IMG/VR virus record: IMGVR_UViG_3300011855_000001
Location: 1 to 64,000 of that record
From: an uncultured virus (IMG/VR IMGVR_UViG_3300011855_000001)
Lineage: Duplodnaviria > Heunggongvirae > Uroviricota > Caudoviricetes
Reading direction: 5' to 3' (one strand)
DNA length: 64,000 nt
This document shows positions 54,366 to 63,841 of the stretch, one piece after another. Numbering within the stretch: the stretch's first letter is position 1; each line of letters opens with the position of its first letter. Under the pieces are notes generated by a model that searched no databases, was not told the origin of the DNA, and worked only from the letters and a program-made list of their open reading frames with translations. A program made the translations under genes and the position numbers.

Positions 54366-57300
54366 TTATACGCTCGGCAGGATGATACATTCCACAACGG
54401 TCATGCCGCTGCCGCCAAAGCCATCGGCGTCCTTAGTCCCCGATTCGTTCACCTTAGTGATGAGTAGGCGGGTATTAGGTGGCAGGATAATTTCTTTTTC
54501 CCCGGTATGGTGCGAGATAGATCCACCACTCGGAAGCGAGCCAGCGCCCGCATAGATACCTTTTACGCCGGGGCCTGCTGTCATTTTGAGGTGAATATTA
54601 CCACTCCACACGTCTGGACTGATAGACGTGGACATAATTGCAGGCTCCATGATGACCTTGCCGACCGACGCTTTCAGCTTGGAGAGATCACCGCTGCCCA
54701 GACTGAATTTGCGCCCGAACGTGGTACCCGGCGAAATTTCATGGCCCATACCAGACAGCGCCTGCGCTGCTGCTTTCGCTTCTGCGCTTGGGTTGCCCTT
54801 CCACAGTCCGCTGTTCATCTGCTTATAACTGCTACCAGTATACGCCTGCACGGCCTGCTTTTGTGTCATCGGCAGCTTTTCCCACACTTCCTGTGCTGCT
54901 TTGGCATAAGTGTTTGTGGTCAGCGTGCCAGCCTTGAAAGTGGTTTTAGTAATGCCAAGGTCTTCCGGCTCAACAATCCCCGGATGGCCCAGCACCAGCA
55001 GGTTCCCGATCTTGTCTGCATCGTTACCGCTCCAGTTTTCCGGCTTGTATTCTTCGTGCATCGAATACAGCGGGTGATCTCCTCCGATACGGAACTGCTC
55101 GGCTTCATGCCCGGCAAGCTGGCTCTTAATCTCGTTAATCGCCTGCATCGCGTAGCCTTTGATGTGCTGCGATGGGTGATCGAGCACTGGCACCTGTCCG
55201 GTAACAGCTCCGGTGTCTTTGTCAAAGGTTGGCGCGGTCAGGCCGCGAATGGCTTCCGGGTCTCCGGTCAGCGCCGCAGAATAAATGGCCTGCGCCGCGT
55301 CGTGGTTCCCTTTGTTCAGGAACTCTTTGGAGGACGGGCCGGATTTGCCAACGCCAGACCAGTTGAGGAAGTCAGGCGGGGTACTGATTTTCTCCGGCTT
55401 GAATTTCTGCATTTTGATGATCTGCTCGGCTTCCGGGTACTTCTCAGCCAGATACTCTTTGCGCTTGATGAGCGTTTCCACCAGCTCCTTTTTCGCCTTA
55501 TCATCGCCCGGCCCGTACTGGTTGACCATGTGCGCGATTTTGGCGTCGGAGATAGCCAGCACCTTGGAGACAGACGCGGCGATATCGGCCTCAGTCATGC
55601 CACCGAAGACGGCGGCGCTGTTCGCGTTCATCTTCGGATCCATCAGTGACTCCAGCTCCTTAACTACTGGGCCAAATTCTTTCTTCGCACCCTGCGCACG
55701 GAACATCAGCGAGCCGCCCGCATCGACGCGGTGAATGGTGCCGTCATCTTTCAGCTGCACGTTGTCTTTCGCCAGCCCCACGACATCCCAGTTACCCAGC
55801 CACGCATCAACGGCAAATCCTTCCAGCATACCCTTGGCCTTCGCCAGCGCTGCATGGGTTTTGGCCTTCTTGATGTTCTCCCACTTCGAGGCAATAGCCA
55901 TTTTCCCGTCCTTGGTGACGATCATGGCGTCCTGCGCGGACAGGCCAGCGGCGCTATACAGTTTCGCTGCCAGCACCTCAGCCTTGGCGTGCTCCTCGTT
56001 ATCCGGGAACTTCACATACCATTCCTGCCCATCGGCGTCCTTCATTTTCATGCCTTCATTCGAACCGCCTTGGTTGCCCCCGGTCACTGTCCACTCATCG
56101 ACGCTGATCGGCTCTTTCTTCTTCCACTGGTACTTTTTGACCTCCATCGGGCCATCAGCGGCAAGGCCATTCTCTGCCGGGTTGATGGTCGCGGCGGTAG
56201 CATTCATCAGCTGCGCGACGCCATTCATAGCATAGGTGCCATTCACCTCAGGGTTATAACCGGACTTAACCTTGATCCCATTAGCCATCAGCATCATCGA
56301 CGCATATTGCGCCAGCGCCTTTTTACCCGGCGCGGTCGGGCCATACTCCGTTGAGACCTTAATTTTCATCCCAAACTCGCCATAAATCAGCATCGAACCA
56401 TCGGCTTTCTGCATGATGACGCCTTTGGTGCCGCCGCCTTTGGTCAGCTTGGCTTTGAGGTTATCTACATATTTCATGTAGTGATCCTGCTGCCAAGCGC
56501 TCAGGCCAAGCGCAGCGAAGTCAGGTGCTGGGATCTCGTCAGGATTGGCCCTAACCCAGCGCCCGTTTTTCAGGATCAGCATCCCGTTGGCACCCGGCTT
56601 CATGTCGCCTTCTTTTGGGCCATCGTCGGCCTTCTTCGCATCTTCTTCGGCTACGGTGTTCTTGATAGCCGTCAGGATCCCGTCGATAGCCGCAGTGGCA
56701 AAATCGTTGATGGTTAGCACGCTCTTAATGGTGCTGACTGCATCAACCTTGTCCGGGTTGGCGTCGTAGTATTCCTTGCACGCCACCGATGCTTTGACGA
56801 CCTTTTGCAGCCCGCTTTTGGTCTCCGCGATGCTCTTGATGTCGTCCAGCAGTTTCAGGTCAATCATTCCCAGATCCGGCGCGGCAGTTTCCGGTGCTGG
56901 CGCAGGCTCCTCAGATCCGGTGATCTGATCCTGCACAAAGGTCATGGTGCTGATCGCGTAGTCCGTCATGCTCATTTTGACCAGATCGGTTCCCTGATTC
57001 GCCATCAGCGCATACGCGGATTCTTTGACGCTGTTCAGCACAGCCTCTTTCATTTCCTTCGAGTCGGTGTACTTCGCCAGCATCGCCATCGCTGCCAGAC
57101 CATCCAGCGCATCGGCATCCGCCATGCTATCGCCCTTGTAGCTGGCTTTCGGGATCCCCTGCGGGACGCCGTGCATGTTGATGCTATCTTTCAGCGTGGA
57201 CTGGAGGACAGGGATATGGGCCACGTTATCGCCTGCGGCCTTCACGATGTCCTGATAGGTGGCAGGGTTGTCGCCTTTCTTCGCCACGTATTCCTGCACA

Positions 57301-60300
57301 GCCATGAGCGTTTCGAGGTTGTCTTTGGCGTTGTTGAAGACCAGCCCAAGGTCATACATGTTTTTCGGCTTGCCCGGCGCAGCGGTCAGCTTGTCCAGCA
57401 CCTCAGCCATGTACTCCTTGTACTTGGTACCGTTGATCGTGGTGCTCGGCGTCACGTTCTGCTCATATTTCATAGCCTCAATGAGCAGCTTTTTGCTGTT
57501 CTCATCCTTCGCCAGTGTTGCAGCGATGGCGTAGCCCTGAAAATCAGTTGCCTCGGTCGAGTAGAAACCAACGTCCGGCTTAATCGGCAGGTTGAGCGGC
57601 TTGCCATGCTTTTTGAAGTAAGCCTGACCGATTTCAGACGCAGCGTAGACGTGCCCGCTGTTCATTTTCAGGATATTGTCGATAACAGTCGTGTATGCGC
57701 CCTTATCGCCATGGTTGTCCTTGATGAATTCCAGACCGATGCTGGTCGCATCATCGCCGTTCGCGCCAGCGAGGGCCTGTTTGAGCGCCACAATCTCGCT
57801 GCCCGCGCTGCCATTAGCTGAGGTCTCAGGCATATCCTGCTGTAAGATCCAGTGCCCATTATGGAAGACCAGCGTACCGCCTTTACCCTGCTTGGTATCA
57901 CCCTCCTGCGGGCCATCCTCTACCAGCCACTTATTGACCTCCTGCTGGTACAGTTTAACCTGCACAGCAGCTGGCTCGGAAAGGTGAAGCTCGCTCAGCT
58001 CATTAAAGTGCTTGGCGATCACATCAGGATCCGATTCTTTGCCTTTGTGAACTTCTTCGGCAATGACGTTATAGAGGGTCTGCACTTTCGTGCCATAGGT
58101 TTTCACCGTATCGCTGGTTGGTGATACCAGAGGTTTTTCTGGCTCAGTGCCGTAAGTCTCGCTCCACCATTTCCCGTAGGCTTTCTTACCTGCGATAAAG
58201 AATTCATTTGCCAGCTCGTTAAAGCCATTGTCCTTCATGGCCTCAGCCATCGCCACCAGCTGCGGCGCATCGTGACCGTTAGCCGTCATCCAGTCGCCAG
58301 CCATCGCATCGGCTTGCTTTTCGTCCTTGGCATCTGTCAGCATGTCAAACGCACTTTCCCACAGAGCGTAATCGTTCAGGATCGCTTTCTTCTCCTGCTT
58401 ACGCTCATGCTTAGTGGCAGTCTGCTCGGATTTCGCCGCAGCCTGAGACTTCTCGGCCCATGAATCGTACAGCTTCCCGACGCTGGACTCGGAGAAGGCC
58501 AGATCGCTACCGTAATAGGTAGACGCCTGCTCAATGAATGCCTCGCCTTTTGTCTTCGCCCACTCGTTGAACTCAGCCACATCGGCAAAATCCGGCAGCT
58601 GCGGCTCAGGGGTTGGCGCACGCTCCTGCTTGATCTGCGGTGGCGTCGGCAGGGATTTCACGGAGATATCGCCCAGCTCTTTCTTGGCGGCGGTCACGGC
58701 TTCGATGATCCACGCGGACAGATCAACCTTCTGGAAGGCATCAATCAGGTTCTGGTCATCACGGATCACTGTCACCATGTCGTTGATGTTGTCCACAGCC
58801 AGCGCCCAGTTACCCGCGTTGAGGTCATTCTGGATGTCCTCACAGATGCCGTCGATAAACGCATCACCAGTCTGCGGAGGATTGGAGAAAGTCTTCACTC
58901 CCTCAGGCTTAGGCGCAGCAGCAAGGCCCAGAGACTCCGCCAGATTGACCGCAGGCTCTTTGCCAGCCATTACCTGCTGGTAAACCTCATTCTGCGTGTT
59001 GGAGAAGCCGGAGATATGGCCCCAGTCGCCCTTCTCGTTAACCCACATACCAGATCCCGGATTCTTCGGATCCGCGACGATGACTGCGCTGGTATTGGTC
59101 GGGTAAACGCCTGCGTCTGGAGTCGTGGACAGCACGCCATTCCACATGTTCTTGATGACGTTTTGCTGCTTCTGGGTCAGGTGATTCGGCTTGCCCAGCT
59201 CCACCAGCTCGGTCGGGTACTCGCTATGGTGATAGTCGGAAATGTAGCCCAGATTGTCCGGGGTTTTGGTGTTACCACCAAAGCCGATCAGTTTCAGGTA
59301 CTGTCCAGCTTGGAACGGCTTAGCCAGCGGCTCACCCTTCTTGCTCATAGGCCATGCGGTCGCGTGCCCCATCAGCACTTTCAGGTACGGCTTACCGTCC
59401 TTGTCGTAGGTCTGGATGATTGAGCCTGCGGGCAGGTTCGGCATATCGGAGATCGACAGCTTCTGGCCCTTTTTGAACTCACCAGCGACAGGCTGATCCT
59501 TGAGCGGCTCGCCAGTCTCCTGATTGTGCCAGCGACCGTCTTTGAAAACCTGCATCCCGTTTTTGCCCATGCGGGTATCACCTTCCTGCGGGCCTTCCTC
59601 AGCCCGGACGGTTTTCTGCTGCTCAACCTCTGCGCTGGCCTTCTGATCCTTTTCTGCCTGGCTAAACTGGCCCAGCATTGGATGCACGGCGTCTTTGCCG
59701 ATAACCACTTTGATATCCGGGTAGCCCAGCGCTGCCAGCGCGTTATTCGCAGCCTTGGCTACTTTGAGCCCGTAGGTGTTTTTTCCGTATGTCATCGCCA
59801 GAATGCCGTTGATGTTGCCTACTTCGCCAGCGGCCTTGATAGCGGCGATCTGCGCGTTGTAGCTCTTGGCATTCTTAATGTTCTCCGCGACGGCGAACTG
59901 GCTCCAGTCGATAGCGTCCATGGCCTTCTTCGACACGGATGCTTTCGGGGCTGGCTTGCCTTCGGCGGTGTCCGGCTGCGCCGGGGAGGTAGCGATGATT
60001 TCAACCGCGCTCAATGGGCTCGGCTCCTCGGACTGCACCAGCGGCTTATTCGGATTCTCACCCGTCAGCAGCGCCAGCTTTTGCCCGTAGAGGTTCAGCA
60101 GCTTTTTGCTGTTCGGGGTGATGCCCTTCCAGCTTTTCGCCTTGCTCTTGATAGCTTCCAGCTCCGCCAGACTGGTGGCGTCGATAACCTTCTGAGCCTG
60201 CGCCTCATACGCGGTGCGCACGCCAGTGGAGTTTTTGCCGGATTCAAATTTAGGCATGACGATTTCGCCTGGCTTCGGTGCTTCGGCAGCAGGTGTTGAG

Positions 60301-61121
60301 GCTTTCTGGACTTCTTCTTTAGCTGCGTTTTTTTTCTCAGGTGAAGGAGACGGCCCATCTTTTGGCATAATAAGGCTTAGTTTTTTTGCTCCACCCGGTT
60401 CAGTTTTAAAGTATCCAAACTGCGTACCGTAATTCTCAATCGCGTGCAGCTGGTGCTGTTTTAAATCACCAATCTCAATAGTGATGACGTTATTTTTTAC
60501 TTTGTATGCTTCAATCGGTGGCAGACCTAGGTAACTCTCAATTCCAGAAACAATGGCTTGTTGTTTGGCTGTCAAATTACCTGTAGCTGGTTTTGTTGCT
60601 GCCTTTGCCTCTTGCGCTACGGCTTCAACGGCCTGCTCAGCCATCTGATCGACGGTCTCAGGCTCTCTCTCGTATGTGGCGATGGCAGGGTGCTCACCCG
60701 CTTTCTGGCCCGCGCTGACCTTCTCCTGCGAGCCCATTTGCTCCAGCAGATAGTTGGCAATCGCCACCAGCTTTTTACCGTGGGTGTTCACGCCATAGGA
60801 TGATCCCAGAATCGCCGCGATATCGCCGTTGGCAGCGTGCTGCAACAGGTTCGGGACGTGTTTCTGGTTGAAGTGCTTAATGTCTTTGTTAGTCGCCTCT
60901 TTCTCAGCAGGATAGAGCAGCTGGCTCGACTCCTCCTTAGGCATGGCGTAAGGCTTATGGCCTTTGCCACCAGCTTTAGGGTGCGCGGCTTTCGGGGCGT
61001 TCTTGACGCCCTTCATGTCCGGCGTGGTTTTCTTCCAGCGCCCATTGATCAGAGCATAGCCCGCTTGGTGGGCGAATTTTTGATTAAGTGCTTTTGCGAG
61101 GACAAGCATGGTGGCCACCAT
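54366..61121 (-). CDS. 2251-aa polyvalent protein: repeats + HipA/PI3K-like kinase + ADP-ribosyltransferase
   Basis: Kinase: GSN.G, YVK, E, DAWLGNWD, VDAG. ART: YTG..Y..MN..L, R, STS, EKE. Confidence 0.85.
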   Translation of the reverse strand: MVATMLVLAKALNQKFAHQAGYALINGRWKKTTPDMKGVKNAPKAAHPKAGGKGHKPYAMPKEESSQLLYPAEKEATNKDIKHFNQKHVPNLLQHAANGDIAAILGSSYGVNTHGKKLVAIANYLLEQMGSQEKVSAGQKAGEHPAIATYEREPETVDQMAEQAVEAVAQEAKAATKPATGNLTAKQQAIVSGIESYLGLPPIEAYKVKNNVITIEIGDLKQHQLHAIENYGTQFGYFKTEPGGAKKLSLIMPKDGPSPSPEKKNAAKEEVQKASTPAAEAPKPGEIVMPKFESGKNSTGVRTAYEAQAQKVIDATSLAELEAIKSKAKSWKGITPNSKKLLNLYGQKLALLTGENPNKPLVQSEEPSPLSAVEIIATSPAQPDTAEGKPAPKASVSKKAMDAIDWSQFAVAENIKNAKSYNAQIAAIKAAGEVGNINGILAMTYGKNTYGLKVAKAANNALAALGYPDIKVVIGKDAVHPMLGQFSQAEKDQKASAEVEQQKTVRAEEGPQEGDTRMGKNGMQVFKDGRWHNQETGEPLKDQPVAGEFKKGQKLSISDMPNLPAGSIIQTYDKDGKPYLKVLMGHATAWPMSKKGEPLAKPFQAGQYLKLIGFGGNTKTPDNLGYISDYHHSEYPTELVELGKPNHLTQKQQNVIKNMWNGVLSTTPDAGVYPTNTSAVIVADPKNPGSGMWVNEKGDWGHISGFSNTQNEVYQQVMAGKEPAVNLAESLGLAAAPKPEGVKTFSNPPQTGDAFIDGICEDIQNDLNAGNWALAVDNINDMVTVIRDDQNLIDAFQKVDLSAWIIEAVTAAKKELGDISVKSLPTPPQIKQERAPTPEPQLPDFADVAEFNEWAKTKGEAFIEQASTYYGSDLAFSESSVGKLYDSWAEKSQAAAKSEQTATKHERKQEKKAILNDYALWESAFDMLTDAKDEKQADAMAGDWMTANGHDAPQLVAMAEAMKDNGFNELANEFFIAGKKAYGKWWSETYGTEPEKPLVSPTSDTVKTYGTKVQTLYNVIAEEVHKGKESDPDVIAKHFNELSELHLSEPAAVQVKLYQQEVNKWLVEDGPQEGDTKQGKGGTLVFHNGHWILQQDMPETSANGSAGSEIVALKQALAGANGDDATSIGLEFIKDNHGDKGAYTTVIDNILKMNSGHVYAASEIGQAYFKKHGKPLNLPIKPDVGFYSTEATDFQGYAIAATLAKDENSKKLLIEAMKYEQNVTPSTTINGTKYKEYMAEVLDKLTAAPGKPKNMYDLGLVFNNAKDNLETLMAVQEYVAKKGDNPATYQDIVKAAGDNVAHIPVLQSTLKDSINMHGVPQGIPKASYKGDSMADADALDGLAAMAMLAKYTDSKEMKEAVLNSVKESAYALMANQGTDLVKMSMTDYAISTMTFVQDQITGSEEPAPAPETAAPDLGMIDLKLLDDIKSIAETKSGLQKVVKASVACKEYYDANPDKVDAVSTIKSVLTINDFATAAIDGILTAIKNTVAEEDAKKADDGPKEGDMKPGANGMLILKNGRWVRANPDEIPAPDFAALGLSAWQQDHYMKYVDNLKAKLTKGGGTKGVIMQKADGSMLIYGEFGMKIKVSTEYGPTAPGKKALAQYASMMLMANGIKVKSGYNPEVNGTYAMNGVAQLMNATAATINPAENGLAADGPMEVKKYQWKKKEPISVDEWTVTGGNQGGSNEGMKMKDADGQEWYVKFPDNEEHAKAEVLAAKLYSAAGLSAQDAMIVTKDGKMAIASKWENIKKAKTHAALAKAKGMLEGFAVDAWLGNWDVVGLAKDNVQLKDDGTIHRVDAGGSLMFRAQGAKKEFGPVVKELESLMDPKMNANSAAVFGGMTEADIAASVSKVLAISDAKIAHMVNQYGPGDDKAKKELVETLIKRKEYLAEKYPEAEQIIKMQKFKPEKISTPPDFLNWSGVGKSGPSSKEFLNKGNHDAAQAIYSAALTGDPEAIRGLTAPTFDKDTGAVTGQVPVLDHPSQHIKGYAMQAINEIKSQLAGHEAEQFRIGGDHPLYSMHEEYKPENWSGNDADKIGNLLVLGHPGIVEPEDLGITKTTFKAGTLTTNTYAKAAQEVWEKLPMTQKQAVQAYTGSSYKQMNSGLWKGNPSAEAKAAAQALSGMGHEISPGTTFGRKFSLGSGDLSKLKASVGKVIMEPAIMSTSISPDVWSGNIHLKMTAGPGVKGIYAGAGSLPSGGSISHHTGEKEIILPPNTRLLITKVNESGTKDADGFGGSGMTVVECIILPSV

Positions 61122-61138
61122 TCAACGAATAATGGCCC

Positions 61139-61154
61139 AGTGTGGCATCACGAC
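61139..61154 (-). promoter_or_regulatory. late promoter motif (effector cassette)
   Basis: GTCGTGATG-C-CACACT. Confidence 0.75.
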
Positions 61155-61363
61155 TAATTAACGTCTTTCACCTTCCTACCGAAGCGCTCCACGCACGCGA
61201 GAAACGCCTCCTGTTTCGTGTGGCAATACTCCGACAGCATGGTGGAGTGCTTGCCGTCCGTGAACTGGATTTCCCACTTCGCGGATCCGGTCTTTGGCGG
61301 GCCGGGCCAGTCAGCGGCGGCGTCGTATACCGCCTGCTGTTCTGGTGTCATGCGGTAACTCAA
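61154..61363 (-). CDS. hypothetical protein
   Basis: Overlap-coupled small ORF. Confidence 0.65.
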   Translation of the reverse strand: MSYRMTPEQQAVYDAAADWPGPPKTGSAKWEIQFTDGKHSTMLSEYCHTKQEAFLACVERFGRKVKDVN

Positions 61364-61800
61364 CGGCCTGCCGCCTTCTTGAGCTCCACGACGATACAGT
61401 GGAGCGTGTCCAGCTGTTCATCGGTCGCATGACTCAGCAGCTGGCTCAGGCCAAAGCCACCGCTCATTTCGTTCTGGATGACGCTGCGCATTGCTGCCTT
61501 GCGCTGCTCATAGGCAAAGTCAGCCTCGTCACGGTAAACGTCAAGCGCAGGATATCCGCCTGTCTTCGGAACATGGTTGTAATTACTCCAGTCCTTAATG
61601 GCGATGCGCTCCTGCCAGCACTCCGGCACGCTATTGGTCTCATTGGCGCGGTCAATGTCTGACTGCCGGGCGACGTAAAGCCATTTAGTGCCTTTGCGGA
61701 CAACAATCATGATCCCGCGTGGAGGGCTGCGCTTATCGCGCGGGCCAATAAACAGGGTGTCGCCTACTTTCAGGGCTTTCAGGTCAGTTTCTTTAAGCAT
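61360..61800 (-). CDS. hypothetical protein (SH3-like beta-barrel N-terminus)
   Basis: LKVGDTL...VVRKGTKWLYV; TAAGGA RBS. Confidence 0.7.
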   Translation of the reverse strand: MLKETDLKALKVGDTLFIGPRDKRSPPRGIMIVVRKGTKWLYVARQSDIDRANETNSVPECWQERIAIKDWSNYNHVPKTGGYPALDVYRDEADFAYEQRKAAMRSVIQNEMSGGFGLSQLLSHATDEQLDTLHCIVVELKKAAGR

Positions 61801-61809
61801 GGGGAATCC

Positions 61810-62142
61810 TTAAATTTTGATTAAATGGGCTTTGTGAATACGCACGGTGCCGTAGCTGTAGCGGCCTTTCTTACGGATATTCATCGCGTAATACTGCCGG
61901 AAGTCGATCCCCGGCTCATTCCAGTTAAGAGTCACGAAAATGCCGTGGACATGCAGGACATCCAGCGGGCGATCATTGCCACGGATAAACACGCGGTCGC
62001 CGGGCTTGAGCTCCTGCTTGGTGGATTGCATCACCTCCAGTGCAAGATCAGCGTCTACCTCAGTCGCATGGTAGCCAGCCTGCCACGTATACCAGCCATT
62101 CGCGCCAGCTGCGCGGATATGGTTTTTAATTGAGTTGATCAT
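61810..62142 (-). CDS. hypothetical protein
   Basis: TAAGGA RBS before ATG 62142. Confidence 0.7.
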   Translation of the reverse strand: MINSIKNHIRAAGANGWYTWQAGYHATEVDADLALEVMQSTKQELKPGDRVFIRGNDRPLDVLHVHGIFVTLNWNEPGIDFRQYYAMNIRKKGRYSYGTVRIHKAHLIKI

Positions 62143-62180
62143 GGGTTGGTTCCTTAAATGCCGCATCCATGCGGCCTGCG

Positions 62181-62786
62181 TTACGCTGCGATACCGCGCT
62201 GCCCGGTTGCGATAGCCAGACGCGCCTTGCGGTCATAGTGCCCGATCAGGCCCATGGTGATCAGGATCCCCGCCGCCAGAGAAATGATGACGAGCAGAAT
62301 CACCAGCTGCGCCTGCTTACTGTCTTTGCTGTCTCCGCCCTTGAATAGCTTGCTAACGCTATCCCACGCGCCGGACACGCCACCATTAGCAGCATTGTAG
62401 ATGTTATGGGCGCTGGCGAAGGTGTTCCATGCTGCCGTCCCCATGTTGGCCCAGTTGCGTTCCCGGTACGCCACGATCCAGCTATGCACAGTGATAAGCA
62501 GCCCTGTACCGATAGCAGGGATAATGATGCCCAGATACCAGAGGCTGATTGCCGCCTGCGCATATTTCTCGTCGAGGTGCCCGGTAAGGTACGCCACATA
62601 TACTTCAATGAAGATAATCACGCTGGAAAAGCCGATTGCGGCCTGAATAGCTCCGCACCAGACCAGCACCCGGATCCAGCCGCCAAGGCGTTTGGACTCG
62701 GCCCACATCGTCCCGCAGGTTTTACAGTTGAACCAGCTGATCAGCAGGTTGAGGGCCAGAATTCCCCACAGCAGTAACATTCCCAT
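62181..62786 (-). CDS. multi-pass membrane protein
   Basis: About four hydrophobic segments; AAGGA RBS. Confidence 0.75.
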   Translation of the reverse strand: MGMLLLWGILALNLLISWFNCKTCGTMWAESKRLGGWIRVLVWCGAIQAAIGFSSVIIFIEVYVAYLTGHLDEKYAQAAISLWYLGIIIPAIGTGLLITVHSWIVAYRERNWANMGTAAWNTFASAHNIYNAANGGVSGAWDSVSKLFKGGDSKDSKQAQLVILLVIISLAAGILITMGLIGHYDRKARLAIATGQRGIAA

Positions 62787-62829
62787 TTTGTTTCCTTTGA
62801 AAAGTGCCGGGAGCCGCCCGGCGCGGTTG

Positions 62830-63048
62830 TTATTTATCTTTCTCGCGGTTGTAGCGCTCATGGGTTAGCAGATCCCATGTATCGCCGTTATCCCGGCTCA
62901 GTAAACGCCAGCGGATGCCGACCTTTAACGAGATACCACCGCTGCGCTTGAGGTGGGTTATTGCTGCCTCTCCGCGCTGCCACATTTCCAGAATCTGCCC
63001 GGCTTTTATCAGCGCCTGAGCGGGAATTCCTTTCATTGCCTTGAACAT
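62830..63048 (-). CDS. ParE/RelE-like toxin-fold protein
   Basis: SLKVG.RWRLLSRD.G..W.L.THE.YN pattern, recalled from ParE-like proteins. Confidence 0.6.
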   Translation of the reverse strand: MFKAMKGIPAQALIKAGQILEMWQRGEAAITHLKRSGGISLKVGIRWRLLSRDNGDTWDLLTHERYNREKDK

Positions 63049-63085
63049 AATATAGCCTCACCTTGGGTTGGTGAGGCTATATTAT
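63047..63085. repeat. perfect 16-bp inverted repeat
   Basis: ATAATATAGCCTCACC-7nt-GGTGAGGCTATATTAT. Confidence 0.9.
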
Positions 63086-63107
63086 TACGTCATGGGTGAC
63101 GTGTCAA
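63079..63107 (-). promoter_or_regulatory. early sigma70 promoter with palindromic operator
   Basis: TTGACA-17nt-TAATAT; ACGTCA-TGGG-TGACGT. Confidence 0.8.
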
Positions 63108-63469
63108 CGGGTCGGCACCACTTCTACACCACCGTTGTAGTAGTCGCAGCGCACCCACATCTGAACATCCGGCCTGAACCGCGTCGGGCGCTGGGTTCGC
63201 CATCCCTGCCACGCCCCTGACTCACCTTTTGCGTAAATTTCCAGCTGCCCTACTTCAACCGTTGGCAGGTCACAGGCACGCATCCAGCGATAGTGTGGTT
63301 TGGTGCGACGAAGTGCCGGGCCGACCGCAGTATGCCAGTGGCGCAGCTGTGCCTCTGTCAGATGCTCAGGCCAGCGTGGCAAATCGGAATTCAGATGCTG
63401 AGGGTCAATCTGGAACAGGTACGCGTTATACGCTGCCTCGCCCAGAGTCATCGCTTTAGCTCGGCTCAT
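63104..63469 (-). CDS. hypothetical protein
   Basis: Starts directly after the upstream stop codon. Confidence 0.65.
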   Translation of the reverse strand: MSRAKAMTLGEAAYNAYLFQIDPQHLNSDLPRWPEHLTEAQLRHWHTAVGPALRRTKPHYRWMRACDLPTVEVGQLEIYAKGESGAWQGWRTQRPTRFRPDVQMWVRCDYYNGGVEVVPTR

Positions 63470-63470
63470 A

Positions 63471-63779
63471 TCAGTACGTCCTGAATCCGTTGCAGTTGCG
63501 CAGGAAGTCCACAAAGTCGGCCTTAAACTCTTTGGCCCGGTCGGCTTCGGAACTAAACCAGCCCGGCGTCGGCTCCCACGCTTCGATGATGTCAGCCATC
63601 TTGCCAGTAGTGCGCGGAGAGACCACCCACGGGTCAGTCGTTTTACGCTGCTCTACCTGCGGCAGCTTCGCCATGCCCGGCAGAAATACCAGCGTCCACC
63701 ATGTACCGTTGGCAATGTCATAGCCCGGCAGACGGTTCTCGTCGCCTTTACGGCGGCGGTCTTCGATAGAAATGGTCAT
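63471..63779 (-). CDS. hypothetical protein
   Basis: GGGGA RBS; ends DFLRNCNGFRTY. Confidence 0.7.
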   Translation of the reverse strand: MTISIEDRRRKGDENRLPGYDIANGTWWTLVFLPGMAKLPQVEQRKTTDPWVVSPRTTGKMADIIEAWEPTPGWFSSEADRAKEFKADFVDFLRNCNGFRTY

Positions 63780-63841
63780 ACAGATTTATCCCCCGTGTAA
63801 TCAGCCACTACCTTCCCGTTTTTGAAACAATCACAGGCCAT
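63776..63841 (-). CDS. 21-aa peptide
   Basis: AAGGA RBS; MACDCFKNGKVVADYTGDKSV*; ATGA overlap with the next gene. Confidence 0.5.
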   Translation of the reverse strand: MACDCFKNGKVVADYTGDKSV

